Source: Negaprion brevirostris
Lineage: Eukaryota
Direction: 5' to 3'
NCBI GenBank assembly: GCA_030324005.1
Contig: JARDVH010000001.1
Coordinates: 143,132,000-143,195,999, forward strand
DNA length: 64,000 nucleotides
Numbering within the stretch: position 1 is the stretch's first letter; the number at the start of each line of letters is the position of its first letter. A program made the translations under genes and the position numbers. The notes below the pieces were generated by a model. That model had not been told where the DNA came from, made no database searches, and saw nothing but the letters and a program-made list of their open reading frames with translations. Positions 27,560-38,877 of this stretch are shown in pieces.

Positions 27560-28450
27560 CTGTCACATTTTTCTCAACTGACCCTTTCCCATCCACAGTC
27601 CTGCATTTTTTTTGAACTGTCATACAGGATCATTCGTGCAGGTGCTAAGTGGCGTTCAGTGTAACCTGTCCAGTTTGTAGTGGGTCCCACCTTCCCCAAA
27701 ATCTGTCCTAATGTCCCAGGAATTGGAAGCTCTACTCCTTGCACCATCTTTCCAGCCATGTATTTGTCTGATACATCCTGGAATTTCTCCTCTGACTAGC
27801 ACGTGGCACTGGCATTAATCCTGAGGTCATTACCTTTTGAGGTCCTACTTTTCAACTTCCTAACACCCTATGTTCTGCTTTTAGAACATCACCCCTTTTC
27901 TCACCAATGTCATTGCCATATGTACCATAGTCACTGGCTGTTCAGTCTCCCCCTCCAGAATGTCCTATAGACATCCTTGACCCTAGCACTAGGGAGGCAA
28001 CATACCATCCTGGAGTTTTGTTTGCAGTCACAGAAATGATGATCTGTTTGCCCACAATTGAATCCCCAATAACAATTGCATTCCAACACTTTCCCCTCCT
28101 CTCCTGTGCAACAGACCCAACCATGGTGCAATGAATTGGGCTATTGCTACTTTTTCCTGAGGCCATTTCCCCCAACCGTTTTCAAAGTTGTGTATTTGTT
28201 CTGCAGGGGAATAGCCATGGGGTTCCTACTGTGTCTGGTAGTCACCCATTCCCTTTCTGACTGTGCAGTCTTAGCCTGTGGTATGACCTTGCTATCCATG
28301 ATCGTCTCAGCTTACAGCACTGAAATCCAGGCTTCCAGGAGCTGCAGCTGGAGACACATGCTAGCCCTGGGTACTGCAAAATCTTCTCAGCTTCCCATGT
28401 GGAACGTGAGGAATTGTGGCTTTGAGCTCTTCCTGCCATGATTTACCCCT
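27560..28450 (-). mobile_element. CR1 LINE 5' part: ORF1 (SGNH esterase-like domain) relic
   Basis: NAIVIGDSIV and SRMVCCLPSARVKDV motifs (in different frames) are typical of CR1 ORF1. Confidence 0.8.
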
Positions 28451-29850
28451 TTAAATCAAACCTTAAGTCTCTGAACCTTAAATTCAGAATTCTGCTTTTG
28501 TTCAGTTATTATCTCATTCTCTACAAAAAAACATAGTTTCTCAATATACTACCTCAGCTTTCTACTTGGGGCTTGAAATGTTCTAATTTCCCAATGAAAA
28601 GCAGTTTAACACGCCCTTGTACTTTTGTTTATCTTTTCTTTGATACCGTAGTCTCTTGCTCCCTCTAGTAGTGCACTGCATACCCAAGGAACGTGCAAAG
28701 GTTTTTCCTCGTGCCAGTGTAATAAATAGAGGGCAACTTGATGACACTTCAGAACAAAAGGCTTTATTGCCAAAGCAACAATTAACAACTATGTGTACAA
28801 GTGGGTCTGACGGAATATCTACATGGCTATACTGCTTGCTTGCCTGAACTGCTGATCCTTCCCAATCCATGAGGACACTGTAGGATCCGGCCCAATTTTG
28901 TGGTCCTCATGAAATGCCTTCTTAAAGGGACCACACTACCACTAGCATACAGCTACTCCAATTTTGATCTCTTGAGCATCCCTGATTTTAATTGCGGCAA
29001 CTTTGGTGGCTGCATCTTCAGTTCCCAAGGCCCATATGTCCTGGACTTCCTTCCCTCCACCTCTATATACTTCACTTTTTCCTTAAGGACACTGCCTCTT
29101 TGACCAAGCTTTTGATTATCTGCACTAATACCACCTCATATAACTTGATGTAAAATTTAACTTTAAAACTATTCAGTGAAGCACGATTATTTTAAAGTCC
29201 TACATAAATAACTTGTTTTGGATGAGCTCCAGTTTATGAAGGGGGGACATATGAGGACAGCTACAGGAGTATTGATGAATGGATGAGATCGGGGCTTTAT
29301 TTTATTCAACAGCTGCCTTTGTAGGATGGCATTCTGGGGAGCATCTCCCACAATGTGCCAATTTTTATGAAAGGAGCTTGAAGCCGTAACTCTACCCTCT
29401 TCAAGTTACTTAAGCTCTTGACGTTAATAATAAATGCCAGTAACTTTTAAATGTGTGATTTCTTTTATGTACCATACTTTGTCATTTAAAGGTTTGTTAA
29501 ATGTGTAATCTCATTTGCATATGGATAGGGTAGACACAGGGACTGAGGGATTTCAATTATATGGACAGATTGGCTTGTACCATCCAGAGCTGAAAAGATT
29601 GAGGGGAGATTTAAGACGTATTCAAAATCATGAAGGAGTTTGACAGAGTAATTAAAGATGAACTCTTTCCAAGAGGGTTGAAACAATAAGGAAGATTTCT
29701 CTTACACAGCTAGTTATGGTCTGGAAAAAAGGTGACAAAGTAAGTTCAATAGTAAACTCTTGCGAAGAGCCAGAACAGTTATCCTTCTGTGCTGTAAATT
29801 CTCTAAGTCTGTTGAATTTTTAAATAGTCTATATTTTCTTTCTATTTTAG

Positions 29851-29910
29851 GCAAGTGATTTCAGTGACATCACAAACTGGCCTACTCCAGGAGAAATTGC
29901 TAATAAAGAG
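29851..29910 (+). CDS. LARP1B: LARP1B coding exon 3: ASDFSDITNWPTPGEIANKE
   Basis: TTTTAG acceptor, GAG|GTATGT donor. Carries the conserved DF.D..NWPTP.E motif of the LARP1 family. Confidence 0.95.
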
Positions 29911-30324
29911 GTATGTTCGCTTGACAGAGTTTGTAGATTAGTGAGCACAGGATAGGGAAATGGGACTGGCTGCAACTTGAGACGTGGACTGCAGAGTTTT
30001 GAATGATCTCTAGTAGAATATGAATGCAGTCCTTTTAAGAAACTCCTATATTATGCAGCCAAGTAATACCATCTTCACTTTTCCACTGAAGGTGTACAAC
30101 TACATTCTGAACGTATTTTTTTTCTCCTGTCATGGATACTGGTTTTCTATATCAGAAGACATTTCAACATGTTGATCACTAGCTTGGTCTGAAGAAGTTT
30201 CTTCTGTGACCCACAAATTTCTACTGCAAGGAAAGTACTGATCCATTTTCTCCACCTATTTTTGCATCTTAAGTTTTACAAAACTACAGTTTCAAACAAA
30301 ACTCCACTTAAGAATTTAAGTACA

Positions 30325-30915
30325 AAGAAAATTAAAGTACAGGAACAAGCCCTTTGACCCTCCAAGCTTGCACTGACCATGCTACCAGATTTAATTCAAA
30401 CCCCCTTCCCGTCCGAGGATCATATCCCTCTATTCCCATCCTATTCATGTATTTGTCAAGGTGTGTAAACATAGCTATCATATCTATTTTTACTACCTGC
30501 CCCGGCCACAAGTTGCAGGCATCCACCATCTTCTGTGTAAGAAAAAGAATCTGTCTTGTACATCTCCTTTTAAACCTTGCCCCTCGCACCTTAAACCTGT
30601 GCCCCCTACTAATTGACTTTTCCATCCTGGGAAAAAGCTTCTGACTATCCACTCTGTCCATGCCTCTCATAATCTTATAGACTTATGTCAGGTCACCCCT
30701 CAACCTCCGTCATTCCACTGAACCAAGTTTCTCCAACCTCTCCTCATAGCTGATGCCCCCCATACAGGGCAACATCCTGGTAAATCTTTTTCTGTACCCT
30801 CTCCAAAATCTCCACATCCTTCTGGTGGTGTGGCTACCAGAATTGAACGCCAACCCAAGTGCAGCCTAATTAAGGTTCTATAAAGCTGCAATATGACTTG
30901 CCAATTTTTAACTTC
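30325..30915 (-). mobile_element. CR1 LINE 3' fragment
   Basis: MRGMDRVDSQKLFPR...SRGHRFKVRG and ILQLYRTLIR are CR1 ORF2 C-terminal motifs. Confidence 0.88.
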
Positions 30916-31326
30916 TGTCTTGTTATCTTTTGTGTGTGTCTGAGCCCTCCACCATAATTGAGAATTTGAAATTTTCAATTGGCTGGCATCACAGCCATTT
31001 TGAAGGAAAGGTTCCAGTTTTGTATTGTATTTTAGGCAAAGCCACCATGGCCAAGCTTTTAATGCTATGTCTCTGTTCTTGACTCCCATACCAGAGAAAT
31101 TGGGAATTAATTTTTCTCTTTCATATATTGCACCATTTACATTTGATTTCTCTGGCTGAATTTGGTCCAGAGATTGAACTTACCAGTATATCCATCCTTG
31201 CTACACAATTGCTTTAGATGATTTTAACTACTAATTCATGGATTTTTGGTCAGTTGAGTTGAAAGGTACTATATTGAAATGTGCAACTTAGATATTTAAT
31301 TTTTATATCTTTTCACATTTTTATAG

Positions 31327-31507
31327 CACCATAACATTATGAACCAACCAAACAAAAAGCCTCTGAATAAAAATAAGAAAAAAGACAAGGCTGAAAAGAA
31401 AGATAACAGTGAAAGCAAAGAAAACCGAGAAACGCAACAGAATGATGATGAGGAAAAGTCAACCATTGAAGACGAATCCCAAGGGCCTTCACAAAAAGGG
31501 AAGAAAG
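31327..31507 (+). CDS. LARP1B: LARP1B coding exon 4: HHNIMNQPNKKPLNKNKKKDK...ESKENRET...QKGKK
   Basis: TTATAG acceptor, AAG|GTAGTA donor, phase 0 to 1. SKENRET is shared with human LARP1B. Confidence 0.93.
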
Positions 31508-31667
31508 GTAGTATGTTTTGTACAAAATCTCAAGTTATATTGAGACCTTTTCCTGCCTCCTAGCCAACCGTCTCAAAATCAGAAGTTCACAAGTATGATA
31601 CAGAAAAACAATATTTTTTTTTATTCTGAATCTGGAAATATTTCATGACGGACAACATCTTGTTGTT

Positions 31668-31812
31668 CATAGAATCCCTATAATGCAGAAGGAGGCCATT
31701 TGGCCCATAACCCCACGTATTTGCCCTGTTTATCCCCCTAATCTACATATTTAGCCTGACCGGCCAATCAACCAAACCTGCACATCTTTGGACTGTGGGA
31801 GGAAAATGGAGA
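31668..31812 (-). mobile_element. HE1-type V-SINE, truncated
   Basis: CATAGAATCCCTA..ATGCAGAAGGAGGCCATT tail and CTGCACATCTTTGGACTGTGGGAGGAAA body. Confidence 0.8.
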
Positions 31813-32677
31813 GAAAAAAATTAATATTTCAAAATGACTTTTTAACAGGATTGGATAAATACATGGAAAAGGCAGACTAAACAAAAGGGAATTCTGGTAG
31901 GGTGGAAAGGAGAAGGGGTTAAATTCCTGACCTGAGTATTTTCAACATTTCATTTGCACTTTTAAAAAAATTATTTTACATCATACTGACTTGGAGTCAG
32001 CTACACAACAGATGGTGTTGTGATCAGCTCTTGGGCCATACACACATTGCTATTGGTTCCTAGGAAGAAACGTGAAAGCAGACTTAAATGGGGTTAAAAA
32101 GCAAGTTGCAATATTTTTAAGTGTGATTTAGCTTGATATGATTTTCTAATAAAAATTCTGCTGCCAACAATTTAAAAACAAAATTCTTTCTTACCTCTAC
32201 AAAAGTGCATGTGAATAAATTGAGTTACTGCATCATTCCAACCTGCCTTCATAATAGCAGTTTTCAGTTTAGTCTCTTTCAATTAATTTCCCTATGTAAA
32301 GCAGCCAAAGGTCACAATTTGCACTGCAAACTCATGATCCTGTCTACAGTGGTATCTGAAACATGGATATGTTTTCTGCATATATCATTTCTTGCACTGC
32401 GATTGGCTGAGTTTCTTGTAGGCAAGTTTATTTCTTGGCAAGTGTGTTCTTCAGATGTAAGTAACTACAAATTAGCCAAATTTTTCTTGCTGGATAGGCA
32501 TTTGTTATAATCTCAGTATACAGTAATGGCTTATGTATTTGTATAATGTTATTAGTCTTTTAACTTCCTTCCTTAAATTTGACTTGAAATCAAAATGGAG
32601 ACCATTAGTATATTATCTCAGTTGCATTTTAATTAAAGGCACAAATTGTGTTATTTTCCCACCACTTAGAAAGTACA

Positions 32678-33000
32678 GAGGTTAGCACTGCTGCTTCACA
32701 GCTCCAGGGTCCTGGGTTCGATTCCCAGCTCAGGTCACTCTGTGGAGTTTGCACGTTCTCCTCGTGTCTGCGTGGGTTTCCTCCAGGTACTCCAGTTTCA
32801 TCCCACAGTCCAAAGATGTGTGGGTTAGGTTGATTGGCTATGTTAAGAAATTGCCCCTTAGTGTCTAGGGATGTGTAGGTTAGAGGGATTAGTGGGTATA
32901 ATATGTAGAGATATGGGGGTAGGGCCTGGGTGGGATTATGTTCGGTGTAGACTCGATGGGCCAAAGGGCCTCTTTCTGCACTGTAGGGTTCTGTAATTCT
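32678..33000 (+). mobile_element. HE1-type V-SINE (CR1-like tail)
   Basis: GGTTAGCACTGCTGC head, GGTTCGATTCC B box, V-domain, tail GACTCGATGGGCCAAAGGGCCTCTTTCTGCACTGTAGGG. Confidence 0.9.
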
Positions 33001-33049
33001 AGAAAATAATGATTTAGACTTTAAAAAATTATGTAATGATGGCCAGCAG

Positions 33050-33420
33050 TAATACTTGCACCTATGTAGTTTTAATTTTGATCTTGGGATGTCCCAAAAG
33101 TACTTCAGTTGGTGAAGTACTTTGAAATGTAATTATTGTTTTAACATAGAGGAGCCTAGTAGCCAGCTTGTACACAGCAAGGTCCCACAAGTAACATTGT
33201 GATAAACGTGTTGATTTAGGCTTTAATGTTGTCCAAGGTATCTATAACGCCACTGCTTCTCAGATTGTGCTTTAGGATCTTTTACATCTACTTCAGCGAA
33301 TAGACAAAACCTCAGTTTGATATTTCATCTGAAAGACAGCAGCACCATCTCAGTATTGCACTGAAGTATTGTCCCAGATAATGGACTTAATTCTCTAGAA
33401 TGGGGCTTGAGCAGCCGCCA
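33050..33420 (-). mobile_element. Deu-domain SINE (SacSINE1-like)
   Basis: GGATCTTTTACATC.AC...CCTCAGTTT...TCATCTGAAAGACAGCA...CTCAGTATTGCACTG resembles the recalled DeuSINE consensus. A weaker copy lies at about 44770-44940. Confidence 0.65.
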
Positions 33421-34677
33421 GCCCTTTTGAGAACTTCAGTACATTAAAGCTTGTTTTCTCAGAATTCTTAGAATCGTTGCAGGTATATTCTCAGTACACG
33501 TATTTAATGTTGAGATGAGGGCTGCCTTTCCTGGCTTGATGCAACATTTCTGCTTTGTGGGGGATATTCTTCTTGCTTGTTCTTTGAGTTCACATGATTT
33601 GAGTTCACTGTTCCTTTTTACATACTATTTTTGAATCCTTTTAGAATATTCAGTTTTATCCACAGTTATGCGCTTTGCAGTGCCTGATATCAAAGCCTGG
33701 CTTTGTATATTTGTGCAAGCAACTTTAAGCATTAGGAGAGCTTCTTATGCTGCAACAAATCAGCTATTGGTTGTTGAAGTTCTGCTGGAATTCTTTTATT
33801 ATGCTTAGATTAAAATGTGCTGGTACTGGCAAATGCTGAACACCCACTTTGTGACATCTTTTAACGTCACTGAATAGATAGCACTTTCTGGGACCATCTT
33901 CCTACATGTGAATTGGAACTTAACAGTGTGAACTCTTGTTTAAGCAGCATGTTACATGAAGGGCAAATTAAAGAGCATTTGGGGAGTTGGATCGGTGGTC
34001 TTCCAAATTGATATCAGAGTAATCGAAAAACATGACTCATTCTTCATAGAATTGTGCAGTAACGAAGGCCTTGATTCCTGTGGCACATCCCCATTATATC
34101 TTGCTGACCAGTAGATTTATTTGTCCTCTTTGTTTCCTGTTAGATAGCCAAGCTTCTTGCATGCCAATCTGCTACTCCCTACACAATGAGCTTTTATTTT
34201 CTGCAATAACCATTGTTTGATGTGTCACCTTATCAAATGTCAACTAGAAATCTCAGTAGATTACATATGCCAGTTCCCCTTTAACCACATCACATGGTAT
34301 TTCAAAGAACTCCGGTAAATTGGTTCAATGTGATTTGCCCCTCACAAAACTAAACTATGTTAAATCTGCTTTATTAACTTGAATTGTTCTAAGTTCCCTG
34401 TAACACTGTAATGTCTTTAATAGCTTCTACTTTTTTCCCTGGTGTCAAATGATCTTGCATTTTTTTAAAATGGTCTAATTGCTCTCGAAGAACACATTTC
34501 ACGTTGTAAACCAGCAGAGTTGTGTTTGGGAAGATATTTTGATTTAGATTTTCAGATTGAAAGGCAATTTTTCTTTAAATGTCCTTGTTTTGCAACTTTT
34601 GGCTCCTGTAAATTTATGTTGAAGGATATTCCAGTGCGAAGAGCATAATTATTTGATTTTGTTTTAAAACACTTTAG

Positions 34678-34821
34678 CAAACAAGCATAAATGGGTTCCA
34701 TTACACCTAGACGAAGTGAAACAAGATGGTCAAGAAAGGCCCAGCTCGCGTAACAGTTCACGATCTCAGTCAGATACAACGCGATCACTACAAAATAACA
34801 AAAGAAATGATTATTCAAGAA
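34678..34821 (+). CDS. LARP1B: LARP1B coding exon 5: (A)NKHKWVPLHLDEVKQDGQERPSSRNSSR...NDYSR
   Basis: TTTAG acceptor, GAA|GTAAGT donor, phase 1 to 1. NKHKWVPLHLD and QERP.SRNSSR as in LARP1B. Confidence 0.95.
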
Positions 34822-35711
34822 GTAAGTGACTTGAATGAGCTTTTCATGTACAGTGCAAGTTTTTATGCTTGTTTAAAAATATCCAGGATTGTTTTATCCA
34901 GAACTTTGCCAATCAGCTGATGTGTGCAACATGAGTGTATGATCCCACTCTCCTTGTCTCAGATGTCAGCAGGAATCACTAGAATGTGAAGGAAAATGTT
35001 CAGCAGTTCAGTTAACTGATATTGATTTGCCCTGGGCACTTGTGCAGTTCGAATACAAGTAGAATTTCCATTCAGCTAATAATGGCATAATATTTCTTAA
35101 TATTGCACCGTTTTGGAGAGAACAGGGCTTTTAAAACTTGTATGAAGATACAAAAATATATTGAATTTGACAGATACGTTTTTGAAAAAAATTTTAAATT
35201 TTGTGCTTTTCAAGTTGTCGCTTTCTTCAGAGGAGGGGAAAACAATTTTTCCACACTTTTTTCCCCAGAAAACCTGCTGAGTGATTTATTGAGGATTAAG
35301 TATATACAGCATCACACACTATTAGTAGGAAACATTAAGAGACCAGGGAGCAGAATGTTGTTGGAAGCACGAGAGTGGAAGCTAAGGGATTCGATGTAAA
35401 AACTGAGTAGTGAAGCATGGACCTTTTTGTTTTTACATTAACTTTCATTCAAAATGTTTATATAATAATTTTTATTGAAGCACATAACCCACATGAGTTT
35501 CACCGTATTGTATCTGGACCCATAAATGTGCGTCATTTTCAGCAATCGGACCAACAAAGTACAGACAAACTGGATGAACATGCCTGGGCCTGCGGAGATG
35601 TCTTTAGTGGAACTGGAAGAAAAATATGAAAATGTAGGGCCAACTCCCCAATACATTCCTGCCTCCAAGAGTTCTTGTCAGAAGTGCAGTTACACTGGTC
35701 GTTGTCTGACC

Positions 35712-36592
35712 ACAGTAAGAATCTAACAACACCAGGTTAAAGTCCAACAGATTTATTTGGTAGCAAAATCCATTAGCTTTGAGTGCTGCTCCTTTGTCAA
35801 GTAAGTGGGAGTTCTGTTCATAAACAGGACGTCTAAAGACACAAACTCAATTTAGAGAATAATGATTGGAATGCGTGTCTTTACAGCTAATCAAGTCTTA
35901 AAGGTACAGCCAATGTGAGTGGAGAGAGCATTAAGTACAGGTTAAAGAGACGTGTATTGTCTCCAGACAGGGCAGTTAGTGAGATTTTACANNNNNNNNT
36001 TGTATGGGTTACAAATAATGTGACACGAACCCAAGATCCCAGTTGAGGCCATCCTTCTGTGTGGAACTTGGCTATCAGTTTCTGCTCAGCAACTCTGCAC
36101 TGTTGTGTGTCATGAAGGCAGCCTTGGAGAACGCTTACCCGAAGATCAGAGGCTGAGTGCCCACGACCGCTGAACTCTTCAGCAACAGGAAGAGAACAGT
36201 CTTGCCTGGTGATTGTCAAGCGGTATTCATTCCTCCGTTGTCGTAATGTCTGCATGGTCTCCTCAATGTACCATGCTTTGGGATATCCTTTCCTGCAGCA
36301 TATCAGGTAGACAACGTTGGCCGAGTTGCAAGTGTGTGTACCTGGAGGATGGTGTTCTCACTTGAGATGATGGCATCCGTGTTGATGATCTGGCATGTTT
36401 TGCAGAGGTTGCTGTGGCAGGGTTGTGTGGTCCCCTGGTCATTGCTGTCCAAAAGGCTGGGTAGTTTGCTGCGGACAGTGGTCTGTTTGAGGTTGTACAG
36501 TTGTTTGAAGGCAAGAAGTGGGGGTGTGGGGATGGCCTTGGTGAGATGTTCGTCATCTTCAATGATCTGCTGAAGGCTTTGGAGAAGATGCC
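35712..36592 (-). mobile_element. Penelope-like element, 3' part (GIY-YIG region and terminal repeat)
   Basis: PTPPLLAFKQ..NLKQ..VRSKL, PCHSNLCKTC and QTLRQR.NE.R....SLPVAE.F motifs, frameshifted. Confidence 0.88.
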
Positions 36593-36912
36593 CTTTGAGG
36601 GACATAGGTAGGGACAAACTTCCCCTCTTTAGTAGAGGGGTCAATACCAGGAGGCATAGGCTTAAGGTAAGGACTGGGAGAGTTGAGGGAAAATGGTTTC
36701 ACCGAAAGGTTGTGGGAATCTGGAACTTGCAGTCTGAAAATGTAATAGAAATGGGAAACCTCGCAACATTCAAGAAGCATTTAGAATTGTCATACAAAGC
36801 TATGGACGAAGTACAGGAAAATGGGTTTAGAATAGATAGGTGCTTGATGGCCAGTGCAGGCATGATGGGCCAAAAAGCCTCTCTTTTTCATGCTGCGCAA
36901 CTCTGATTCTGC
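36593..36912 (+). mobile_element. CR1 LINE 3' fragment abutting the Penelope piece
   Basis: NTRRHRLKVR..FHRKVVGIWNL..LATFKKHL and the tail ATGGGCCAAAAAGCCTC. Confidence 0.8.
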
Positions 36913-37343
36913 GAGACTCCCAAGAAACCATCATACGTTTCTAAGCACTTTGGCAATATTCACCTTTTGCCAGCGGGTCTGCATTCTGTCTAGTCCTCGG
37001 TCTTCGTATTGATCTTTTTGTTTCTGGATTTTGCCCGTTGCCCTTAATTGGAAAATAAACACTGAGACGGCCTCGAGGAAAATCACCCAGATGGAATAGT
37101 GATACCATCAGAAATAGTCCTGACACCTGTGAATCTTTTAAGAGCATAAGATTCTGCCCAATGATTCAACAGTATCAATTAAGTTGGATGATGGACAGTG
37201 CTTGAAACCTTTTGCATTGTGATGCATCATTTAAAACTAGGTTTCTGATTGTGATATTTTTAAGCCATTAATTGACAATGTGGACAAAATTCAAAGCAAT
37301 TTTCTTAACTGCACTTGAATAATGCAAACTCATTTTTCTGAAG

Positions 37344-37499
37344 GTTGGCGTCGAGATGACAAGCGTGATAAAGACAGAAGAGATGATGCTGATGAAGTTG
37401 GCAGTGTTAGAAGTGAAGGTGGTGGCGTGCGAGGAAGTTTCAGGGGCAGAGGTAGAGGTCGAGGTCGAGGAAGGGGACGTGGCAGGGGAAACTCTCGTG
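37344..37499 (+). CDS. LARP1B: LARP1B coding exon 6, RG-repeat: (S)WRRDD...SVRSEGGGVRGSFRGRGRGRGRGRGRGRGNSR
   Basis: TTTTTCTGAAG acceptor, GTG|GTGAGT donor, phase 1 to 1. Diagnostic RG repeat. Confidence 0.95.
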
Positions 37500-38361
37500 G
37501 TGAGTATTTTGTTCAAATTCTATCAACAGTGAGCCTATTTGCAATTTAAAATATTGGACACACTTGTAAGTACGTGGCATCAGCAGGTGAAGAAAATAGA
37601 TTTTGTGTAATTAAGTTCTCTTTACCCAGCATGTACAATGCAGGTGAATTACTGTACCTTGGATTGAGTGTTATAGAAGAGTTTCTCTGTCGCTATTGTT
37701 GCATGGTCAGAACATTCCCTGATTAACCATCCAGGATTACTTATCGGTTTTCCCAAATTTTCAGGTGTTTGCCTTTTAGGTTGTGTTCAATAGAAATGAT
37801 GACTCTCTTGCCAAAAGTACTTTTTTATGGTAAAAGGATAACATTTTGATACGTGATTACGGTATTTTCCAGTGTTTTATCACATTCTGTATTTCCATTC
37901 ATTGTTTTGTCATTTAAATGCTTATTCGTGGCTAGAAATAGTGTTAATTTATGCCAAACAAATCATTCCAACCGAAAAGGGTCAACATGGGTAATATTTA
38001 TTAATGAATAGGTATCAGTTTTCTCTACAATATTTTTCAGTTCCAGAAGTAAGTATGTTTATGATATCATCCATGTTTCCATCAAAGATTGCTATAATAC
38101 TTCTGAGTTAAAAGTGAAGTACAGTAGCTGTTTGGGGGGAAAACTTAGACATGTGAATAATGTACTTTCCAGTCTTGTATTATTATATAATGTACTCTAT
38201 TCCAGTCTTGTATTTCATGAATGTATGTTGTACATAAACTCAGTCCCATGAAATAATGGGTACACATAGTAGAAGCTTGGCAGGTGATAATTTTGATGTG
38301 ATGCACCTTCAAGTATGAATGTAAATTTTGTTAATACTGATTTGGATTATTTTCTCCTCAG

Positions 38362-38541
38362 TGAATTATGATTACCCATATGGCTACAAGCATTCGTNNN
38401 NNNNNNNCATTCGTATGACACCTCTGATCAATATATACCGGAGTACAACACAAACATGATGTACTACTACGATGATGGAAGTGGAGCACAGATGTACACA
38501 GTGGATGAAACCTTACTGAAGGAGTACATAAAACGGCAAAT
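38362..38541 (+). CDS. LARP1B: LARP1B coding exon 7: (V)NYDYPYGYKHSYDTSDQ...MMYYYDDGSG...LLKEYIKRQI; start of La motif; contains an artefactual gap
   Basis: CCTCAG acceptor, AT|GTATGT donor. The frame is restored when the 10 Ns and the duplicated CATTCGT are collapsed. MMYYYDDG is LARP1B-specific. Confidence 0.93.
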
Positions 38542-38631
38542 GTATGTAAATGTTTCTTGTGCTGCTATAGGAATGCTTTCCTAATGAAGACAACTGGGAA
38601 GTATTTTAACATTGGCAATTTTGTTCTTTAG

Positions 38632-38776
38632 TGAATATTACTTCAGTACAGAAAACCTGGAAAGAGATTTTTTTCTACGGAGAAAGATGGATGAACAAGG
38701 TTTTCTACCCATTTCCCTGATTGCTAGTTTCCACCGGGTACAGGCTCTAACTACAGATGTGAATCTCATTTTAGAG
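38632..38776 (+). CDS. LARP1B: LARP1B coding exon 8, La motif core: [48 protein letters not shown]
   Basis: Canonical La motif (EYYFS..NL.RDFFL). TTTAG acceptor, GAG|GTAATG donor, 90-nt upstream intron. Confidence 0.97.
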
Positions 38777-38877
38777 GTAATGTCTTAATGTTCTGTAATG
38801 AGAAATGCAGGGAATAATGCCAAGCTTTGTTATTGTACTTGTTTTCTTGTCTGGCTGTTGTTGGAACCTCCACTGCT

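Noticed and set aside
32678-32730. tRNA-like A/B boxes (GGTTCGATTCC), also near 21219 and 38976
   Set aside because: These are heads of tRNA-derived SINEs followed by V-domains, not tRNA genes.
38362-38541. LARP1B as a frameshifted pseudogene
   Set aside because: The shift coincides with an N gap with duplicated flanks; all other exons are intact and in phase.
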